A stretch of 16,141 nucleotides of DNA from Ginkgo biloba (lineage: Eukaryota > Plantae > Ginkgophyta), in NCBI GenBank assembly GCA_024626585.2, contig JANKJI020000001.1:12727893-12744033 (forward strand), given 5' to 3'. The notes beneath the pieces were generated by a model, which searched no databases, was not told where the DNA came from, and saw nothing but the letters and a program-made list of their open reading frames with translations. Shown in pieces: positions 11,100 to 16,141 of this stretch (positions within the stretch are counted from its first letter, which is position 1; each line of letters starts with the position of its first letter). The position numbers and the translations under genes were made by a program.

Positions 11100-11295
11100 C
11101 ATAAATACATTTGAGACTAGCAAGCTCCCCTATAAAACATTCATGACCATTGGTTACTTTGCCCCTTCAAATTTCTTTTATAAAAGAAAGGGACTAAATA
11201 GAAAATGCCTTTCCATGCCCTAGATCAACATGTTCAAAAGCGAAGGAGAAATACTATTAGTAGGTGATTTCAACACAAGAATAACCAATCAATAA
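11100..11295 (+). mobile_element. Non-LTR retrotransposon (LINE) AP-endonuclease remnant
   Basis: HKYI* ... TFMTIGYFAPSNFFYKRKGLNRKCLSMP*INMFKSEGEILLVGDFNTRITNQ* contains the Y-x-(A)P and hhhGDFN(A/T)R motifs of APE-type endonucleases (GDFN at 11263-11274). Confidence 0.75.
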
Positions 11296-11387
11296 GCCAC
11301 TATCTATGAGATAAAGTTGAGTACATATTCCCAAGTTACGGATCTAGATTAACACTAAGACTTCAAGGAAAGCATTCACATACATAG

Positions 11388-12100
11388 TGTTGACCCCATT
11401 TTTGGGTCAACGATCCCATTCTAGGTCCCCTTCCTTTTGAGCACAATTCTAAACTCCTAAAGGTGAATCAAACAAGCATGAAACGGGGGCACAAAGCAGG
11501 CCAACAACAGGTGTACGGATCACATAGATCAAGTCATAGCTCTTCTCAGAATCCACCCATAAATGCTTGATCGCAAAGGCATTTAGTTTTACAAAAGTGA
11601 CCTGTTGGAGCTTGGACTGTTTTGTAAATTTTAAAGAAAATGTTGAATTGCAATTGAATTTGGAGCAAATTGGTGCAGTTTTAGTCGAAGGCTCACAAAG
11701 GAAAAGTTGCAGTGTTTTCTACAGGTTTTAAAACGAGCCCAAGAAGACGAAAAATAGAGTTAGGGTTCAAAAGTTACAATAAAAATCGTATGGGCTTNNN
11801 NNNNNNNNNNNNNNNNNNNNNNNNNNNNNNNNNNNNNNNNNNNNNNNNNNNNNNNNNNNNNNNNNNNNNNNNNNCCTTCTGAAATCGCTAGGAAACATCC
11901 TATAATAGGGTAATTCCTTTGACTTTTAGAGTTAAAAACTTCAAGTTGTTAAAACCCGAAGTCTTTAAAGTTTATAGTTATAGTTAAACTTTAAAAGTTA
12001 CCTTCTCTTGGTCCTGGTTGCGTTTGCTCCTTAACTGAACAAGGGAGGTGTCTAACCTAGGAAGGAAATGACGACGACCTAGTCCTAGCTTTCTCTATGC
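11388..12100. mobile_element. LTR-like sequence that truncates the LINE remnant (right boundary uncertain)
   Basis: Starts TGTTGACCCCATTTTTGGGTCAAC (TG terminus with an 8-bp hairpin, 11389-11411). Non-coding, and contains aacgagcccaag...aaaatagagttagggttcaaaagtta, a motif type common in plant LTRs. No matching end or TSD established. Confidence 0.4.
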
Positions 12101-13447
12101 ATGACCCATGATGCAGCATTTCATTTGTCTATCATTGTAGTAGTTATAAAAGTGAGTTGCTCAAAGCAAGGATGACTATTACGTACAACCAACCAACTGT
12201 CAAGAGGATCAAGAAGCAGTTATCCAAGGCATTTGGGGAGGAAATCATAAAAGGGAAAAAACTAGTAATTCTCTCTTGTCTTTGGCTCTTAAACTAGTAG
12301 GGGTTTGGGAGGTGGAGTTATTTTTCCCTCCTCTTGGAGGGAAAGAAGGTGAAAGGCTTTAGATTTCTAGTTATGGGCTTTTTCATCNNNNNNNNNNNNN
12401 NNNNNNNNNNNNNNNNNNNNNNNNNNNNNNNNNNNNNNNNNNNNNNNNNNNNNNNNNNNNNNNNNNNNNNNNNNNNNNNNNNNNNNNTTAAAAATAATTA
12501 TGGTGGTAATGAGAATATATGATGATAAATCAAGTGGGAGGATTGGAATTTTATCTAAACTTGATGATGAAAGGGGAGGAAAATGGATTTTCCTATCTTT
12601 CCCTTACTCAAACCCTAAATTTGACATCTTTTGATTTAAACAATAGTGCATGAACCTACAACCATAATGGTAAGTTATTAGGTATTATATCCATGTGTTT
12701 CCTATGCCTAATGTATGATGACATTTCTATTAATGAGATCACTCCATGCTAATAAGTGCTCACATTCATATGATATAATGAATGAGCCTCCTTTAACCAT
12801 GTGCAAAAAGGTGTGGATCCAACTATGATAATGCTTGACATGTACCCTCTACATATCCATGGTATAAGGTGAATCTATTATATATGGAATAATGTTGGAT
12901 TGTCCTAGTCATACAAGAGGTTCCACAAGTGTCCAAAGAGTGCGCAAATGAATCTAAAAGGTGTATGATGAGTGTGAGAGCTCTAAAATATTGTGAAAAG
13001 GATCTAGGAGACAAGTAATGAAAGATACAAATGGTGCATAATATCTCTTAAGAGTCCCAAGTGCATCCAAAGGTGTTAATACTATATAACTTGGTGCAAC
13101 TAACAAAGGTTGCATTTGTTAGCAAAAAAATATTGTATAATGCGATTTTATATTCTTTTCAAGATTTTTTGTTGATTAAGTGGTTGTTTTTGGTTTCTTA
13201 GCACCTTTTTTTTTATGATGTAAGTGCCACTTATTTATAATAGTAATTAACTGACTCCATTCTACCTTTGTATAGTAATACTTTTAATTTTAAAATACTG
13301 CTTTATTTTAAAGACGTAGTGGCCAAAACTCTATTTATTCTATTGTACTTCATGGATTTAATTGACTAAGGGAGGAACTAGTTGTAGTTTCTTAATGAGA
13401 TAGTTGTTGGATGGGAGAAATCCATCATCAGATCTTCATGAACTAAC

Positions 13448-13492
13448 ACTGATGTCGATGCCAGATCTGCATCAACTGACATCGACATCAGT
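13448..13492. repeat. Inverted repeat, 17-bp arms (16/17 match), 11-nt loop
   Basis: actgatgtcgatgccag (13448-13464) and ctgacatcgacatcagt (13476-13492). Confidence 0.9.
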
Positions 13493-14240
13493 AACAAAGT
13501 TGCATCAACTAGTGTTGATGACGCAACCCTCCATCGACAGGAACCCTATGAAATAATGCATTGTGATCTCTATGATGGGTGCTATAGTCATTAATACCAT
13601 GTATAAGTAGGGTTGATAAAGGGAGATAGAGAATATAGAGTTATGAATTTCCCTTATGATGTTATAATCTATGGTATGTCATATCATGTAATGCACATGT
13701 AATTTCCGTACTTGGATATCTCTCATAATATAGGGAGTGGATGGTTTTCCATGATATTTGTGTATGATGCCTTATGTGAATGAATGATNNNNNNNNNNNN
13801 NNNNNNNNNNNNNNNNNNNNNNNNNNNNNNNGCATGATAAAGGGATAGGATACATTTTCATCACCGTTAGGTATAAATACTTAACATTTGGCACCATTGC
13901 ATATGATCGAACCTAAATCAACAAAACTCTCCATTGACATCGAAAGTCGAAGGTGGAAGAGAATGAGAATATATTGAAAGAAAATTGACTAGCGATAGTG
14001 AACAATGATAGAGGATTTGATCACTGGAAATTAGTGGAAAGGATTGAGTTTGATAGTGGGAATTAATGTCACAATAAAAAATTACAATGATAGACTCATA
14101 CAGTGATAAAATAATATCCACTCTATGAAAAAATATTGNNNNNNNNNNNNNNNNNNNNNNNNNNNNNNNNNNNNNNNNNNNNNNNNNNNNNNNNNNNNNN
14201 NNNNNNNNNNNNNNNNNNNNNNNNNNNNNNNNNNNNNNTT

Positions 14241-14350
14241 AGAAGCAGAGTTATCCTTTCTTCTACATAGGAAGAAGAGTGCTTACCCCTTCTATTTGGA
14301 AGTAGAGTGCTTCACCTTCACCTTAGATAGCAGAGTGATATCCCTATCTT
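14241..14350 (+). repeat. Degenerate tandem repeat, four units of ~28-29 bp
   Basis: The agagt core recurs at 14247, 14276, 14304 and 14332 (spacing 29, 28, 28), each preceded by a purine-rich stretch and followed by a C/T-rich stretch. Confidence 0.7.
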
Positions 14351-16141
14351 ACTCTATAATGCACTATTGTGGATATTGTCTACATTGGGAATATATTTTG
14401 TGTATTTTTCTATAACTCTGATATTTACATAATTTGGAGCAACATTTATGGTTATGTGTCAAATTTTAACATAACAAGATCCTTTTTAAAGATGAGGCTA
14501 TAGATAANNNNNNNNNNNNNNNNNNNNAGGGATATCAACCAATTTGCAAGGAAAATTGTACCTAGTGTGATAAAAGCTTCATCCCTTCCTCACATATTTT
14601 TGGTTCATGATTTTTTAGTTTCATGTAATATAATGTTTCTCCCCATTTTCATAATCAAGTTTCTATTAAATTAGAATATGGCCATGAATTCAAGTAGTGG
14701 CATGGCATGTGTTATTTCTCTTGGGTTGATGCTATTGTATTTATATGAATGATTAGGAATCATCCTTGTTCAAAGGAAAGTCTTAAAACAATAGATTAAA
14801 TCAATAATGAAGACTTTAAAAAAGAGAGATAAGCTTGTGTGAAACCCCCATGACACATGAGAAATATAAATATTTGGAGGAAAGTAAATGTCAAGCATCG
14901 AAAGGAATATTTTAGGGTCTTGGGTGTTTAGGAAATGATAAGTGATCAACCACTAATGTGAACTTGAGCAAGATATAAAGTTGGGATAGAAAAGGGTGAT
15001 ATGACTTGTTTAATATTTGAAGTTTGGGATTTTAGAGTTTTAGGGAATTAAGGGAATACTTGGAAAGTCACTTACCTGATCCCCCCTCCTTAGACCCAAA
15101 AGAAAAATTAAGGGATATTTGATAGATGCAAGTGGCCCTTCAAACTTTCGACTTCAGACTTTAGGGTTTTATCTCATGGGAGATTCCAGGCATGACCTAA
15201 CAAATGAAAATCCTTGAAGAGCACCAGATCATACCATGTGTTGTTATGTGGTCCCATATCCATGTTAGAATCATTAGTGGCTCACTTTAAGGAGATTTAT
15301 ATGCAATTTCAATGACACAAGGTCAAGCAATACAAATTATATTGGAGGTCCCACGTGTTTCCCTGTACTTAAAAGATAGATGTTAACCAGATTCTCTTCT
15401 CTTAATTTATAAAGAAGGTCTAAAGATCAAAGTTCCAGATATAAGGCATTTGTATGATCACACCTAAACCCAAAATAATGTAAAAAGATATTAATTAAGG
15501 TTTGGTTGTGAGGGCCCAGCTAAGAATTTAATAATTCAGATCTTGGGGAAATGAGTGGTCAAAGTATGTACTTGCACCTTTGCATACCCAAAGTTTTTAT
15601 AAATATGAATTAAATGAAGTCCCATAGGACTAAGAAGGAACATTTAAACTTTCTGATCAACGTTTGAGAGTATTTGAAGAGTGGTCATTTTATGTGAGGT
15701 GACAGACCAAAAATTAAAATTAAAATAAGTTGAGTCTAGGATTTTAGGACTTGGGTATTCAGAGGTAGATGATTTTCCTAGGGAAACTCCCTTGCAAAAA
15801 GAAATGAAGTCTAAAAAAAAGCACAGGATATGAAATAAAGTTTCTCAATAAACATGATATGTGGCATTGTTAGGATGATGTGGATTTAATGCAACAAATG
15901 GAGAGACCATACCCATTGTAATCCAGATATCTCTAATCCCCTTAGGCAAAGATATAAGTGAGAATACCTTGGATACTATGACAACTAAGAAGGCCCAAGC
16001 ACTACAGGGTGATGCATCAATTCCCTTGGTGGATCAACTTCCTAGGACAACTAGGGAAGAGGGGGCACCAAGGATCGATAAAGAGTAGGTAACGATGACG
16101 TCCTCCAATGAAGCTAAACTTGCCCTAGCTCCCCCCATGGA

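Larger units (their letters stand above)
13405..14471 (+). mobile_element. Putative solo LTR
   Basis: Begins TGTTGG, candidate end ttttAACA, TATA-like tataaata at 13872-13879, hairpins near the 5' end and ~28-bp subrepeats near the 3' end. No convincing TSD. Two gaps inside. Confidence 0.4.
4200..16141 (+). other. RPT2: Probable very long, TE-filled last intron of RPT2 (3' end not seen)
   Basis: Strong donor at 4200. No sequence encoding the expected VTxxDFKKAKEKV...EGLYM tail was found by eye downstream. Caveat: the exon could lie in one of the 100-N gaps. Confidence 0.6.

Noticed and set aside
11383-11527. 135-bp TG...CA element with CATAG target-site duplication
   Set aside because: Termini match only at TG/CA and LTR-like sequence continues beyond. 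Probably coincidental.
14241-14350. CRISPR-like repeat/spacer pattern
   Set aside because: Eukaryotic context, conserved core of only ~5-8 nt, period too short and no cas genes.
15078-15097. Minus-strand polypurine tract AAGGAGGGGGGA
   Set aside because: Not followed by a clear TG LTR start, and no recognisable pol sequence upstream of it on that strand.

Overview
AT-rich, CpG-poor eukaryotic DNA from a land plant. Long TE-filled introns and the repeat types suggest a gymnosperm-like large genome (inference). The draft scaffold has 14 N-runs, five of them exactly 100 N, so their true size is probably unknown. The only clearly functional gene is RPT2 (26S proteasome AAA-ATPase subunit 4, PSMC1 orthologue) on the + strand. 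Three internal exons are present (3227-3396, 3573-3789, 4059-4199), joined by two short GT-AG introns. The Walker A exon and the last exon (HbYX tail) are not visible, so the rest of the window is probably intronic. The upstream intron holds an antisense relic with its own consensus intron and a 310-codon decayed TE-type ORF. The downstream intron holds a gag-like scrap, a possible hAT scrap, a decayed Ty3/gypsy integrase (- strand), a LINE endonuclease scrap and LTR-like sequences. The most unusual item is an uninterrupted, CpG-rich, 5'-truncated C-terminal fragment of an F-box/kelch gene (At3g24760-like). It is wedged, with no assembly gap, between the integrase and the LINE endonuclease, in the same orientation as RPT2. 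I cannot support a new multi-gene system from this sequence. All family assignments are from motif recognition by eye, not database searches.
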